Below are positions 31,321 to 38,216 of a stretch of DNA of 38,216 nt, piece after piece. Positions within the stretch are counted from its first letter, which is position 1. Every line of letters begins with the position of its first letter. The translations under genes were made by a program, and so were the position numbers. This DNA comes from a virus. Under the pieces are notes generated by a model. The model searched no databases. It was not told where the DNA came from and saw only the letters and a list, made by a program, of their open reading frames with translations. The stretch is taken from positions 1 through 38,216 of the IMG/VR virus record IMGVR_UViG_3300045988_060547; one strand, 5' to 3'.

Positions 31321-31935
31321 TTATGGCCTCGCCGGCTTTCCCGCCGCTGCCCAGTAGCCGTAGGTCAGCTCCGGTCGGCCCTCTTTTTTGGCGATGGCGT
31401 TGTAGGTCATCAGGTCGTGGACGTCGTAGTCCAGCGGCGTCGGGTCTTTTATCTTCCGCAGGACGGGCAGCTCCGGCTTCTTTGCGGCGCAGTCTGCCTT
31501 TTCACCTCGGGTATTGTTCTGGCCGACCTTCCGCATCTCTTTTCGGCAGGTCATTTTTGCGATGCCGCGCTTTATGCAGCGCCCGCCCTGCTGGTTGTAG
31601 GCGTAGTAGGCCCCGTTGTCGTCGCCAAAGACGCCCGCCTCCCACAGCTCCCGGGACGTACCCTCGCCCATTACGTTTCCGGCTGCATCGTAGCAGGTGT
31701 AGACGCTCATCACCCGGCCTTTTTCTCCCCGCCGGGGACTGTCCTCCGGATGCAGCAGCTCGCTGCTGATGTTGTACTTCCGGCCCCTCATCCGGTTATT
31801 CTCGTGCTTGGCCCACTCGCTGGTGTGGTAGCCCTTCGGCACGATGCCGCTGGCCTCCAGCTCTCCGGCTGTGCCTTTTGCGAGGACTTCCCCGGTCAGG
31901 TAGTCCTTTACGGTGTAGAGATTCGCTTTGCCCAT
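31321..31935 (-). CDS. Hypothetical protein (204 aa) with an internal duplication
   Basis: ATG 31935 follows AAGGAGAG. The product has repeats LYTVKDYLTGEVLAKGTAGELEASG and VYTCYDAAGNVMGEGTSRELWEAG. Confidence 0.5.
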   Translation of the reverse strand: MGKANLYTVKDYLTGEVLAKGTAGELEASGIVPKGYHTSEWAKHENNRMRGRKYNISSELLHPEDSPRRGEKGRVMSVYTCYDAAGNVMGEGTSRELWEAGVFGDDNGAYYAYNQQGGRCIKRGIAKMTCRKEMRKVGQNNTRGEKADCAAKKPELPVLRKIKDPTPLDYDVHDLMTYNAIAKKEGRPELTYGYWAAAGKPARP

Positions 31936-32666
31936 GTGCTCTCCTTCAGCTGCGCCATTGCAGCCGTAGCCTTTTCTTCCAGCTTCTTTTCGCTCAGCAC
32001 CCGCAGGCTGCCCTTCCCGGCCCGGCGTCCCGGCTCCTGCATCACGGCCCGCTTCAAAAAGGCCCGTTTCTGCTCCTCGTAGTCCCGTTCGCTCTGTCGG
32101 ACCCGGTCTTCGTCCGGCTGATTCTCCACCATGATGTCTTCCTTCAGCGCAGCCTGCGCGCACCGGCGCAGATGCTCCATCGCCACATCCAGCCCGTCCG
32201 CGTGTCCTTCTTCGTTCACCTGCCGGTAGTTGGCCAGCGCCTCTTCCTTCAGGCGGTTCAGCCGCCCGGCGCCGAAGCCCAGCTCCTCGATGCAGGCCTC
32301 AGCGCACAGCGTCCAGACCATGCTGGCTGCCACATCGCCCGCCATCCGCAGCTGCTCTTCCCGCCGGGTGCGGGGGCTGCGCAGCACCGGCACCCGGAAG
32401 TCCGGGTCCACGCCCTCCGGCATCCAGCTGCGCCGCAACGCAAGGCTCCTGTCCGTCGAGGGCATCCCCCGGTCATTCACTGTCATGGCCACATCCAGAC
32501 TCTCCTGCCCCAGCTTTTCCGCCCGGGCCAGGATCTTGTTCAGCCGCGCCGCGCCAACGCCGAAGCTCTGGTGCAGCGCGATGAGGATGCACCACCTCGT
32601 CATCTCCGCCGTCCCCTCCCGCGTCAGATCAAGCTCTGTCGTGAGGCTCATCTTGTTTTTCTTCAT
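31908..32666 (-). CDS. Hypothetical early protein (252 aa) with two related helical halves
   Basis: The two halves contain HQSFGVGAARLNKILARAEKL and IEELGFGAGRLNRLKEEALANY. I recognise no family. Confidence 0.55.
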   Translation of the reverse strand: MKKNKMSLTTELDLTREGTAEMTRWCILIALHQSFGVGAARLNKILARAEKLGQESLDVAMTVNDRGMPSTDRSLALRRSWMPEGVDPDFRVPVLRSPRTRREEQLRMAGDVAASMVWTLCAEACIEELGFGAGRLNRLKEEALANYRQVNEEGHADGLDVAMEHLRRCAQAALKEDIMVENQPDEDRVRQSERDYEEQKRAFLKRAVMQEPGRRAGKGSLRVLSEKKLEEKATAAMAQLKESTWAKRISTP

Positions 32667-32696
32667 ACCCTTTGTACTCCCTGCATTTTTCTCCCT

Positions 32697-32972
32697 TTAC
32701 GCACTGTGCCTGTCGTTCTTCTCTTCCGCCGCCCTCTGGCAGCTCTTCAGCTTCCGGCAGTACCGGCGCAGCTGCGCCTTCTCCGCCCGCTCGATCTCGA
32801 GCCCCCGGCCATAGCCCCAGCAGACGATGCCGCCGGCGGCCAGCAGCACGGCCAGGATGGCCGCGCCCGTCCAGCTGCCCACGGCGTCAAAGACGATGCT
32901 GTCGCCCACCCCCGCCGCGCCGATCAGCAGCGCAGTGCCGGTCAGGTAAAGCGCCTGTATCTTCATTTTCAT
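32697..32972 (-). CDS. Small membrane protein (two TM segments)
   Basis: The 91-aa product has hydrophobic segments ALYLTGTALLIGAAGV and WTGAAILAVLLAAGGIVCW. An AAGGGAG SD is present. Confidence 0.5.
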   Translation of the reverse strand: MKMKIQALYLTGTALLIGAAGVGDSIVFDAVGSWTGAAILAVLLAAGGIVCWGYGRGLEIERAEKAQLRRYCRKLKSCQRAAEEKNDRHSA

Positions 32973-33020
32973 TGCAATTCTCCCTTCTCTGTGGTAAAAT
33001 CATTCTGGTGATAGGCCCTT

Positions 33021-33314
33021 TCAACCTGTCACTCGGAGGCTCGTCGGTGTTCCAGCACCGGCGGGCTTTTTGTTTTTCGGGGCCTTCCTGGCGTTCCGCT
33101 GGCAGATTTCCATGGTCTCCTGCCGCTGCTCCAGCGCGGCGTTCTTGTCGATGCGCCACAGCCTCGGCCCCTCCTTGTGGGCGGGCAGCTCGCCCCGCTG
33201 GCACATCCGCCGCACCGTCTTCGGGCAGATGCCCATCAGCTCGCCGTACTGCGCCACGGTCAGATACGCGGGCAGCTGCCTCGCGTCCCAGACCTTCGCC
33301 TTCCGCATGGTCAT
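33021..33314 (-). CDS. Excisionase / MerR-type HTH DNA-binding protein
   Basis: The product contains LTVAQYGELMGICPKTVRRMCQRGELPAHKEGPRLWRIDKNAL. An alternative ATG at 33308 has better SD spacing. Confidence 0.7.
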   Translation of the reverse strand: MTMRKAKVWDARQLPAYLTVAQYGELMGICPKTVRRMCQRGELPAHKEGPRLWRIDKNAALEQRQETMEICQRNARKAPKNKKPAGAGTPTSLRVTG

Positions 33315-33321
33315 CCCCTCC

Positions 33322-33678
33322 TCACAGCCACTCGCTGCAAATGGTGTCGGCCACGTGCTTTGTAAACCCCAGCAGCTCGTCTCCCCGCTGGAACATCAGC
33401 ACGGCAGCGCCCACGATGGGCAGCTTAACGTCCGCCGGGGCAAGCTGCGTGGCCTTCTGGTTCGCGGCCTTGCACTTCAGACGCCCTTCCTCGTCCACCA
33501 GCAGCACCAACCGGTCAGCCTCCTCCCGCGCCCAGGTGGCGTCCAGCGCCGACGGCACGGTCTCCACATATCCGCTCACCAGCTTCTGCAGGGTCTCCAG
33601 CTTCGCGCCGTCCCCCTCGTCGCACTTGAGCACAAAACTCCGGTTCTTCGCCGGGATCACGATCATGTAACGGTTCAT
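33322..33678 (-). CDS. DUF3846-like protein
   Basis: The 118-aa product contains LETLQKLVSGYVETV...LLVDEEGRLKCKAANQKAT...IVGAAVLM. A GGAGGG SD is present. Confidence 0.6.
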   Translation of the reverse strand: MNRYMIVIPAKNRSFVLKCDEGDGAKLETLQKLVSGYVETVPSALDATWAREEADRLVLLVDEEGRLKCKAANQKATQLAPADVKLPIVGAAVLMFQRGDELLGFTKHVADTICSEWL

Positions 33679-33681
33679 TGC

Positions 33682-33876
33682 TTATCCCTCCGTATTGTCA
33701 TATCCGGCCTTCTCGGCCTTCTCCACACTCACATCGTCGAACACCCCTTCCAGCACCCGCAGCATCCGGCGCTGTGCCGTGGGCCTCAGCCCCGCCCGCC
33801 GCATTGCGATCAGACAGTAGCCCATGCAGGCCGCGTTGCTCCACGGCCCGTTCAGATCCTTCAGCATTTCGTCCAT
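33682..33876 (-). CDS. Small hypothetical protein (64 aa)
   Basis: The product begins MDEMLKDLNGPWSNAACMGYCLIAMRRAG... It shares its 5' leader with the gene at 34238-34486. Confidence 0.5.
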   Translation of the reverse strand: MDEMLKDLNGPWSNAACMGYCLIAMRRAGLRPTAQRRMLRVLEGVFDDVSVEKAEKAGYDNTEG

Positions 33877-33914
33877 CTTTTTCTCCTTCCTCCCGCACTC
33901 TTCGGCGGGTCAGC
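33871..33914. repeat. 44-bp direct repeat, copy 1 (start codon plus leader)
   Basis: The sequence gtccatctttttctccttcctcccgcactcttcggcgggtcagc matches 34481-34524 with 2 mismatches. Confidence 0.85.
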
Positions 33915-33969
33915 GGCCCGTTTCGTGGCCAAACTTTTTGAACTATGATACAATACCCCCAGAAAGGAG

Positions 33970-34290
33970 GTGATTGTCACGTCTTGTGTAATCGATTTCC
34001 ATATTCGCTGCCCTCAGTACTTTTCCTTTGAACAACCACCCTATCATGTGTCTATTGCATGGGTCGAAACGCCCGATACTCCCGAACCATTTTTCACGTA
34101 CCCGGGAGGTTGTGGCGGCTACCGGGATTGTTATGAGTGCAGATGGTGCCTGCGGACTGTTCAAGAAATGTTCACTCGTGGCGAGATCAGCTTTTATTGC
34201 GACCCTCGTTCCGTTTATGGAACATATCATGTAAAGCTCAATCAGATAATTTGTCCTCGTCCCGCAGGACCCGTTTCAGACCTGCCTTGA
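33970..34290 (+). CDS. Possible Cys-rich small protein (weak call)
   Basis: The ORF contains GGCGGYRDCYECRWC and lies in an AT-richer patch. GGAGG is present, but the only in-frame start (GTG) abuts it. A competing minus-strand ORF occupies 33943-34230. Confidence 0.2.
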   Translation: MIVTSCVIDFHIRCPQYFSFEQPPYHVSIAWVETPDTPEPFFTYPGGCGGYRDCYECRWCLRTVQEMFTRGEISFYCDPRSVYGTYHVKLNQIICPRPAGPVSDLP

Positions 34291-34486
34291 CTGCCTGAGC
34301 CAGTTTCTTCCGGTACTCCCTGTCTTCCCGCTGCCACGGGTTGTTCATGGAGCCGTACCAGAAATTCAGTGTGTAGCAAAACTCGTCCAGTGCAGCACAA
34401 AGCGGGTCTTCTTCCCGAAATACGGTGGTCGTGTCCCTGCCCTCCTCTTCCACAGGAGCGCAGGGCTTTTTGCTTTCGTTGTCCAT
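34238..34486 (-). CDS. Small hypothetical protein (82 aa)
   Basis: The product begins MDNESKKPCAPVEEEG... ATG 34486 is preceded by AAAGGAGAAAAAG. Confidence 0.5.
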   Translation of the reverse strand: MDNESKKPCAPVEEEGRDTTTVFREEDPLCAALDEFCYTLNFWYGSMNNPWQREDREYRKKLAQAVKAGLKRVLRDEDKLSD

Positions 34487-34524
34487 CTTTTTCTCCTTTC
34501 TCACGCACTCTTCGGCGGGTCAGC
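34481..34524. repeat. 44-bp direct repeat, copy 2
   Basis: The sequence gtccatctttttctcctttctcacgcactcttcggcgggtcagc is the partner of 33871-33914. Confidence 0.85.
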
Positions 34525-34540
34525 ACGAACAGTCTTGAAT

Positions 34541-34568
34541 TTGCTATCTTTCTGTGTTATCTTAAAAT
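34541..34568 (+). promoter_or_regulatory. Candidate sigma-A promoter of the double-glycine peptide gene
   Basis: TTGCTA (34541-34546) is followed by a 16-nt spacer and TAAAAT (34563-34568). Confidence 0.45.
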
Positions 34569-34598
34569 TAAGAGATGGATTTTAAGAAAGGAATTTTT

Positions 34599-34886
34599 AT
34601 GATTTGCTATCCTGCGTCTTCTTCGATTCTTTCTGCGGATGAAATCGAATATATTTCTGGTGGCTCTAGTGATGCCGGTGCAGTTTTTTCCTTAGTTGGT
34701 GCCGTGTTCTCAGTCATTAACGCAATAAATGTCGTTAATATCAAACATGACCTTCGCGAAAAAAATCCCGACAAAGATAATGTTGCACTCACACGTGATG
34801 CATATAACGCCTATATGGAAAAGCCCTACGGCAGTTTAATGATGATTAGCAGTGTGGTACTTTTGATTGGTGGCATTGCTTTGTAA
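34599..34886 (+). CDS. Peptide with a double-glycine (bacteriocin-type) leader and a two-TM mature part
   Basis: The product is MICYPASSSILSADEIEYISGG followed by SSDAGAVFSLVGAVFSVINAINVV...GSLMMISSVVLLIGGIAL. The leader fits LSxxELxxIxGG at positions -12, -11, -8, -7, -4, -2 and -1. An AAAGGA SD lies 8 nt upstream. Confidence 0.6.
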   Translation: MICYPASSSILSADEIEYISGGSSDAGAVFSLVGAVFSVINAINVVNIKHDLREKNPDKDNVALTRDAYNAYMEKPYGSLMMISSVVLLIGGIAL

Positions 34887-34908
34887 GTCTCAATTTCGTC
34901 CATCTCTC

Positions 34909-34932
34909 CCCCTCTTGAACTTTCAAGAGGGG
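34909..34932. terminator. 10-bp hairpin between convergent genes (likely terminator)
   Basis: CCCCTCTTGA (34909-34918) pairs with TCAAGAGGGG (34923-34932). On the + strand the stem is followed by AAATTTTAT. Confidence 0.5.
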
Positions 34933-34937
34933 AAATT

Positions 34938-35177
34938 TTATGTGTTCGTTGTGTCTTTTCGGGACACTGCTGAGGCAAAAAATATTTCGTTGACCTCTTC
35001 CGCCGACAAACCATAGTGCTCCTGGATCGCTGCAATTTCATTCTGCCGAAATTGCGCCCCACGGTACTCATTGATTTTAGCATTCAGACGGGAAAGACTC
35101 ATCTGCAGATAGTCCGCCAAATTCTGTTGTGACTCGCCATGTAACTGCATCACCGCATTCAGTTTTCGTTTATTCAT
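34938..35177 (-). CDS. Cro-like / antirepressor-type HTH protein
   Basis: The product is MNKRKLNAVMQLHGESQQNLADYLQMSLSRLNAKINEYRGAQFRQNEIAAIQEHYGLSAEEVNEIFF. A GGAGGTG SD is present. The gene is divergent from the CI-like gene. Confidence 0.8.
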   Translation of the reverse strand: MNKRKLNAVMQLHGESQQNLADYLQMSLSRLNAKINEYRGAQFRQNEIAAIQEHYGLSAEEVNEIFFASAVSRKDTTNT

Positions 35178-35211
35178 CTCTATCACCTCCGTATCTTTTT
35201 AGGATACTTAG

Positions 35212-35240
35212 ATATTAGCATCTTTCTCGAATCCTGTCAA
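35212..35240 (-). promoter_or_regulatory. Lytic (cro-side) sigma-A promoter
   Basis: The minus strand reads TTGACA (35240-35235), a 17-nt spacer, then TAATAT (35217-35212). Confidence 0.75.
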
Positions 35241-35251
35241 GATATTTTTTC

Positions 35252-35279
35252 TTGCTTTTTAGATTTTATGTGGTATTAT
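35252..35279 (+). promoter_or_regulatory. Lysogenic (cI-side) promoter with an extended -10
   Basis: TTGCTT (35252-35257) is followed by a 16-nt spacer and TGgTATTAT (the -10 hexamer is 35274-35279). The inverted repeat CAAGA/TCTTG (35238-35254) lies between the two promoters. Confidence 0.6.
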
Positions 35280-35311
35280 TAAGACACAATAAACAAAAGA
35301 GGTGATGCTTC

Positions 35312-35686
35312 ATGACCACTGGCGAACGGATACGCCAGCTTCGCATCGAGCACCAGATGACGCAGGAAGAACTGGGTGCGCGAGTTGGCGTGCAAAAGGC
35401 AGCCATCTACAAATATGAAAACGGCCTTGTCGTCAATCTCAAACGCTCTATTTTGGAAAAACTCGCCATCGTTTTGGATACCACTCCCACTTATTTGATG
35501 GGCATGGAAGATTCTGAGCAGCAGGCCAATATGCAGCTCACTCCCCAGCAGTCCACTCTTTTAGCAGCCTTCGACCAGCTCAACGAGGAAGGCCAGGTCA
35601 AGGCGGTGGAGTATGTCGAAGACCTCGTCCTCACCGGACGTTATAAAAAATGTCCTGCGTCTGGTCTGGACGCAAAGGAAGCATAA
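35312..35686 (+). CDS. CI-like repressor, XRE-family HTH
   Basis: The product contains MTTGERIRQLRIEHQMTQEELGARVGVQKAAIYKYENG. It is 124 aa and has an AGAGGTG SD. Confidence 0.9.
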   Translation: MTTGERIRQLRIEHQMTQEELGARVGVQKAAIYKYENGLVVNLKRSILEKLAIVLDTTPTYLMGMEDSEQQANMQLTPQQSTLLAAFDQLNEEGQVKAVEYVEDLVLTGRYKKCPASGLDAKEA

Positions 35687-35738
35687 AAAATAACCGCTCT
35701 GGCTAAACCAAAGCGGCTGATCAGTATGGTGGTTTTTT

Positions 35739-36416
35739 ATGATTGATGATTTTTACGCTCGTCCACTTTATGAGCGCTCGGCAATTATTCACGCCGAAAC
35801 AATCAAATTTAATGTTAATGAACTCCTTTTGGGAATTTCTTTCCCCAATGAAGAGTTAAAAAGCCAAGTTCTTATTGATCTGTACTCGTTCTTTATTGCT
35901 TGCAACGAAGAAATTCTACATTTTTCTGATGATGAAAACACTCAAATTTTTCTTCGTCTTTCCAAGTCAATTTCTGATGAAGATAATTTCTCGAAAATCA
36001 TAAAAAAAGAAAGTCAGTATGTCTCTTTGTGGATGAACTCCCTTCCGGATGATATTCTTTCCCCTCGCTGTGAAGATGTCCCCATTTTGTGTTCTGTAGT
36101 TTCTAGTGACCTCGCCTCGCTTTTAGTCATCTCGCAATCAGCTTTATTTTCTTGTTTTCAACAATATCTTAGAGATCTTTCATGCGAAGACTCCTCAAGG
36201 TATAAGCAGATTCTAAACGGTATACTTCCGTCATCACAAGCGGATTACCTTAGTACGCCGCATACTTTTTCATGTTCAATTTCTTCCCTGAATTCTCCAA
36301 AATCATTTTTGTCTACTGTAAAGAAAAAACATGTTTCTAACGAAACCGCCAAAGGTTGCGGTTGCCTTTCGGTGCTTCTTGTAATTTATCTTCTCATTGC
36401 CTTTTTCGGAGATTAA
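35739..36416 (+). CDS. Tail-anchored (C-terminal TM) protein of unknown function in the lysogeny operon
   Basis: The 225-aa product comes from AT-rich DNA and is predicted helical. Its C-terminus is GCGCLSVLLVIYLLIAFFGD. I recognise no family. Confidence 0.6.
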   Translation: MIDDFYARPLYERSAIIHAETIKFNVNELLLGISFPNEELKSQVLIDLYSFFIACNEEILHFSDDENTQIFLRLSKSISDEDNFSKIIKKESQYVSLWMNSLPDDILSPRCEDVPILCSVVSSDLASLLVISQSALFSCFQQYLRDLSCEDSSRYKQILNGILPSSQADYLSTPHTFSCSISSLNSPKSFLSTVKKKHVSNETAKGCGCLSVLLVIYLLIAFFGD

Positions 36417-36429
36417 ATAATTTTGAATC

Positions 36430-36660
36430 GTGGTGAATCTTATGTCTACCCGCAGCCACCCCGAATCTGCCCGCATCATCCGGGAGGCACGGCACGCCGC
36501 CGGGCTGACGCAGCTGGAGCTTGCGGAGAAGCTTGGTGTCACCATCGGCACGATCAGCTATTATGAGCGAGGCGCAGGCCAGCCCAAAATCGATAATCTC
36601 TTTGCACTCTGCGACATCCTGCACATCAGACCCGCCGACCTCCTGAGTGCCGATACATAA
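36430..36660 (+). CDS. Second XRE-family HTH protein
   Basis: The product contains ARIIREARHAAGLTQLELAEKLGVTIGTISYYERG. An alternative start is ATG 36442. Confidence 0.75.
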   Translation: MVNLMSTRSHPESARIIREARHAAGLTQLELAEKLGVTIGTISYYERGAGQPKIDNLFALCDILHIRPADLLSADT

Positions 36661-36663
36661 CCT

Positions 36664-36699
36664 AACGCCCCCGCCAGTGTTTCCACCAGCGGGGGCGTT
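36664..36699 (+). terminator. 11-bp GC-rich hairpin after the XRE gene (weak T-run)
   Basis: AACGCCCCCGC (36664-36674) pairs with GCGGGGGCGTT (36689-36699). Only TTTGT follows the stem. Confidence 0.4.
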
Positions 36700-36860
36700 T
36701 GTACAAAAAATCCCGGCAGCCTTGTACGATAAAAGCTGCCGGGGCGCGCATGGGGTGCATGTCGGAGAAAAACAACGCAGTCAATGACTCTCTGCCTGCT
36801 GACACATCCAGTATACCATACCTCATGTGCATCGGCAAGCGGAGTCGGAAAGGAGTTTTT

Positions 36861-38006
36861 ATGGCCAAAAATAAAAAAGGTTCTGACGGCCGCTACCGCT
36901 ACCGTATCTATCTGGGCAAAGCGGACGATGGCAGCAAAAAGTTTAAGTCCTTTTACGGCTCCACGGAGCGTGAGGCCCGTGCAGCTGCCGAAGCTTACCG
37001 CACCGCCATCGCCAAAGGTATGGACCCCCAGCAGGCCGAAGCCACCTTAGGTACCCTGTACGATAATCTCATCGCGTCCAAAAAGGCAAAGGGCATCAGC
37101 CAAAAAAGCATTGACCGGCTGGCCACCAATAAAGCCCACTGGGGCGAGCTGGTGGACGTTCCCGCCTCTGAGCTGCGGGCGTCCGACTTCCAGCAGGTGC
37201 TCAACACGCTGGCCGGCTGGCACGACGGCAAGCCGCCCCTCTCCCACTTTACCCTCACCAATCTGCGCGGCAGCGCCAAGGCAGCGTATGACCTCGCCAT
37301 CCCGGAGATCGTGATGTACAACCCTCTGATCAAGACCATCACCCCCGCCGGGGCTGCGCCGGAACCGCGCGACCCCCTCACCGAGGCGCAGCAGCTCTGG
37401 ATCCGGGAGACGCCCCACGCCGCCCAGCGAGCCGCCATGCTCCTGCTCTACTCCGGCCTCCGCCGCAGCGAGGCCACTGCCCTCACTTGGGCCGACATCG
37501 ACCTCGACGACGCCACCATCACGGTCAGCAAGGGCTACGACTTCCGCGCCAAAAAGGTCAAGATCCCCAAGACGCCTGCCGGCGTCCGCGTCGTCAGTAT
37601 CCCCAAGGTCCTTGTCGATTATCTCCGCACCCAGCAGGACGGCTGCCTCTATGTGCTCCACAACCCCAAAGGCCAGCAGATGACCGAGCAGGGCTGGAAG
37701 CGCCTGTGGGAGAGCTATATGCGCGACCTGAACGTCAAGTACGGCTACGACGGCCAGCAAAATAAAAACCGCCCGGGCGGCCTGCCCATGCGCATCGATA
37801 CCTTTACCCCGCACCAGCTCCGCCATACCTTCTGCACCCTGATGTACTTCGCCGGTGTGGACGTCATGACCGCCCGCGATCAGATGGGCCACAAGGACAT
37901 CTCGGTCACGCTGGGCATCTACACCGCCCTCGATAAAAAATTTAAGAAAAAGAAAATCAATCGTCTGGATACCTACCTCAAAAAATCCTGTGCTAACTCG
38001 GGCTGA
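36861..38006 (+). CDS. int: Tyrosine recombinase / phage integrase
   Basis: The product is 381 aa counted from ATG 36861, preceded by AAAGGAG. It contains LLLYSGLRRSEATAL, TPHQLRHTF, GHKDISVTLGIYT and an N-terminal SAM-like arm-binding region. The gene is adjacent to attR. Confidence 0.93.
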   Translation: MAKNKKGSDGRYRYRIYLGKADDGSKKFKSFYGSTEREARAAAEAYRTAIAKGMDPQQAEATLGTLYDNLIASKKAKGISQKSIDRLATNKAHWGELVDVPASELRASDFQQVLNTLAGWHDGKPPLSHFTLTNLRGSAKAAYDLAIPEIVMYNPLIKTITPAGAAPEPRDPLTEAQQLWIRETPHAAQRAAMLLLYSGLRRSEATALTWADIDLDDATITVSKGYDFRAKKVKIPKTPAGVRVVSIPKVLVDYLRTQQDGCLYVLHNPKGQQMTEQGWKRLWESYMRDLNVKYGYDGQQNKNRPGGLPMRIDTFTPHQLRHTFCTLMYFAGVDVMTARDQMGHKDISVTLGIYTALDKKFKKKKINRLDTYLKKSCANSG

Positions 38007-38030
38007 TCCTCTTGTTTCTCTCCCCTTTTT

Positions 38031-38051
38031 GCGCCACCTCTTGAGCCACCT
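38031..38051. promoter_or_regulatory. Candidate integrase arm-type sites (GCGCCACCT / GAGCCACCT)
   Basis: The sequence gcgccacctcttgagccacct lies between the integrase stop and the att core. It pairs with 153-173. Confidence 0.45.
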
Positions 38052-38125
38052 TTTTGAAAAACTTTCCCGGAAATTAGGGCAATCAGCGCCCACATCCCCC
38101 TCGAAAGGCATTTTCCCAGCCAAAC

Positions 38126-38171
38126 AAAAATCCCCGAAAAGTCAGGCGCGAAGCCACTTTTCGGGGATTTT
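38126..38171 (-). terminator. Rho-independent terminator of the tRNA (copy inside attR)
   Basis: It is identical to 5-50. Confidence 0.75.
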
Positions 38172-38175
38172 ACTT

Positions 38176-38216
38176 TGGAGCTACTGATCCGATTCGAACG
38201 GACGACCTGCTCATTA
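38176..38216 (-). tRNA. tRNA gene, 3' part only; the 5' part lies beyond the window edge
   Basis: It has the same 41 nt as 55-95. The gene runs leftwards into the window and ends in CCA at 38176. The isotype cannot be read because the window stops at the third anticodon base. Confidence 0.7.

Larger units (their letters stand above)
1..38216. mobile_element. Integrated temperate prophage, complete from attL to attR (podovirus-like gene set)
   Basis: It is bounded by identical 95-bp repeats. It carries an integrase, a CI/Cro switch, replication, packaging, head, tail and lysis modules. No host housekeeping genes lie inside. Confidence 0.9.
38122..38216. repeat. attR: right copy of the 95-bp perfect direct repeat
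   Basis: It is identical to 1-95. The integrase gene ends 115 bp to its left. The repeat may continue beyond the window edge. Confidence 0.9.

Noticed and set aside
33943-34230. A 95-aa minus-strand ORF competing with the + strand Cys-rich ORF.
   Set aside because: It has no SD and unremarkable composition, and third-position GC does not favour either strand. I kept only the + ORF, at low confidence, and flagged the ambiguity.

Overview
The window is one apparently complete temperate prophage of about 38 kb. It is bounded by a perfect 95-bp direct repeat (1-95 = 38122-38216) containing the 3' part of a minus-strand tRNA gene plus its terminator hairpin. I read these as attL and attR of a tRNA-targeting tyrosine integrase (36861-38006).

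The right arm carries the lysogeny genes, mostly on the + strand, and its left part (about 34530-36420) is visibly AT-richer. Its genes are:
- a peptide with a double-glycine leader
- a Cro-like (- strand) / CI-like switch with divergent sigma-A-type promoters
- a 225-aa tail-anchored protein
- a second XRE protein
- the integrase

Almost everything else is on the - strand in GC-rich DNA, in this order:
- Early genes: an Xis-like HTH, a DUF3846-like protein and an HUH rolling-circle Rep.
- Packaging and head: a sigma-region-4-like late regulator, TerS, TerL, portal, a Prp-protease::scaffold fusion and an N4-gp56-type major capsid protein.
- Tail and ejection: adaptor- and nozzle-like proteins, then three consecutive putative ejection proteins ending in a 3,031-aa polyvalent giant.
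- An inserted RelE/ParE-AbrB toxin-antitoxin cassette.
- Fibres and lysis: a BppU/Big_2 tail fibre, a DUF6273-like receptor-binding protein, an XkdX-like protein, a GH25 endolysin and holin-type proteins.
- A GNAT-fold (XF1762-like) protein and a frame-split sigma-like regulator.

There are no sheath, tube or tape-measure genes, so the architecture is podovirus-like.

The most unusual signals are:
- A family of at least 8 two-hairpin intergenic elements punctuates the late operon. Their stems covary, and they carry SD-like and anti-SD-like boxes.
- The leaders of terS and terL are duplicated.
- A boxed candidate late promoter occurs twice.
- The Prp-scaffold fusion carries the LQLFA cleavage motif at its own domain junction, and the capsid protein carries it at its N-terminus.
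- A low-GC domain cassette sits inside the giant gene, flanked by RFQL-x-E motifs.
- A prophage-encoded peptide has a double-glycine leader.

All family names come from my reading of the translated sequences, because no searches could be run.
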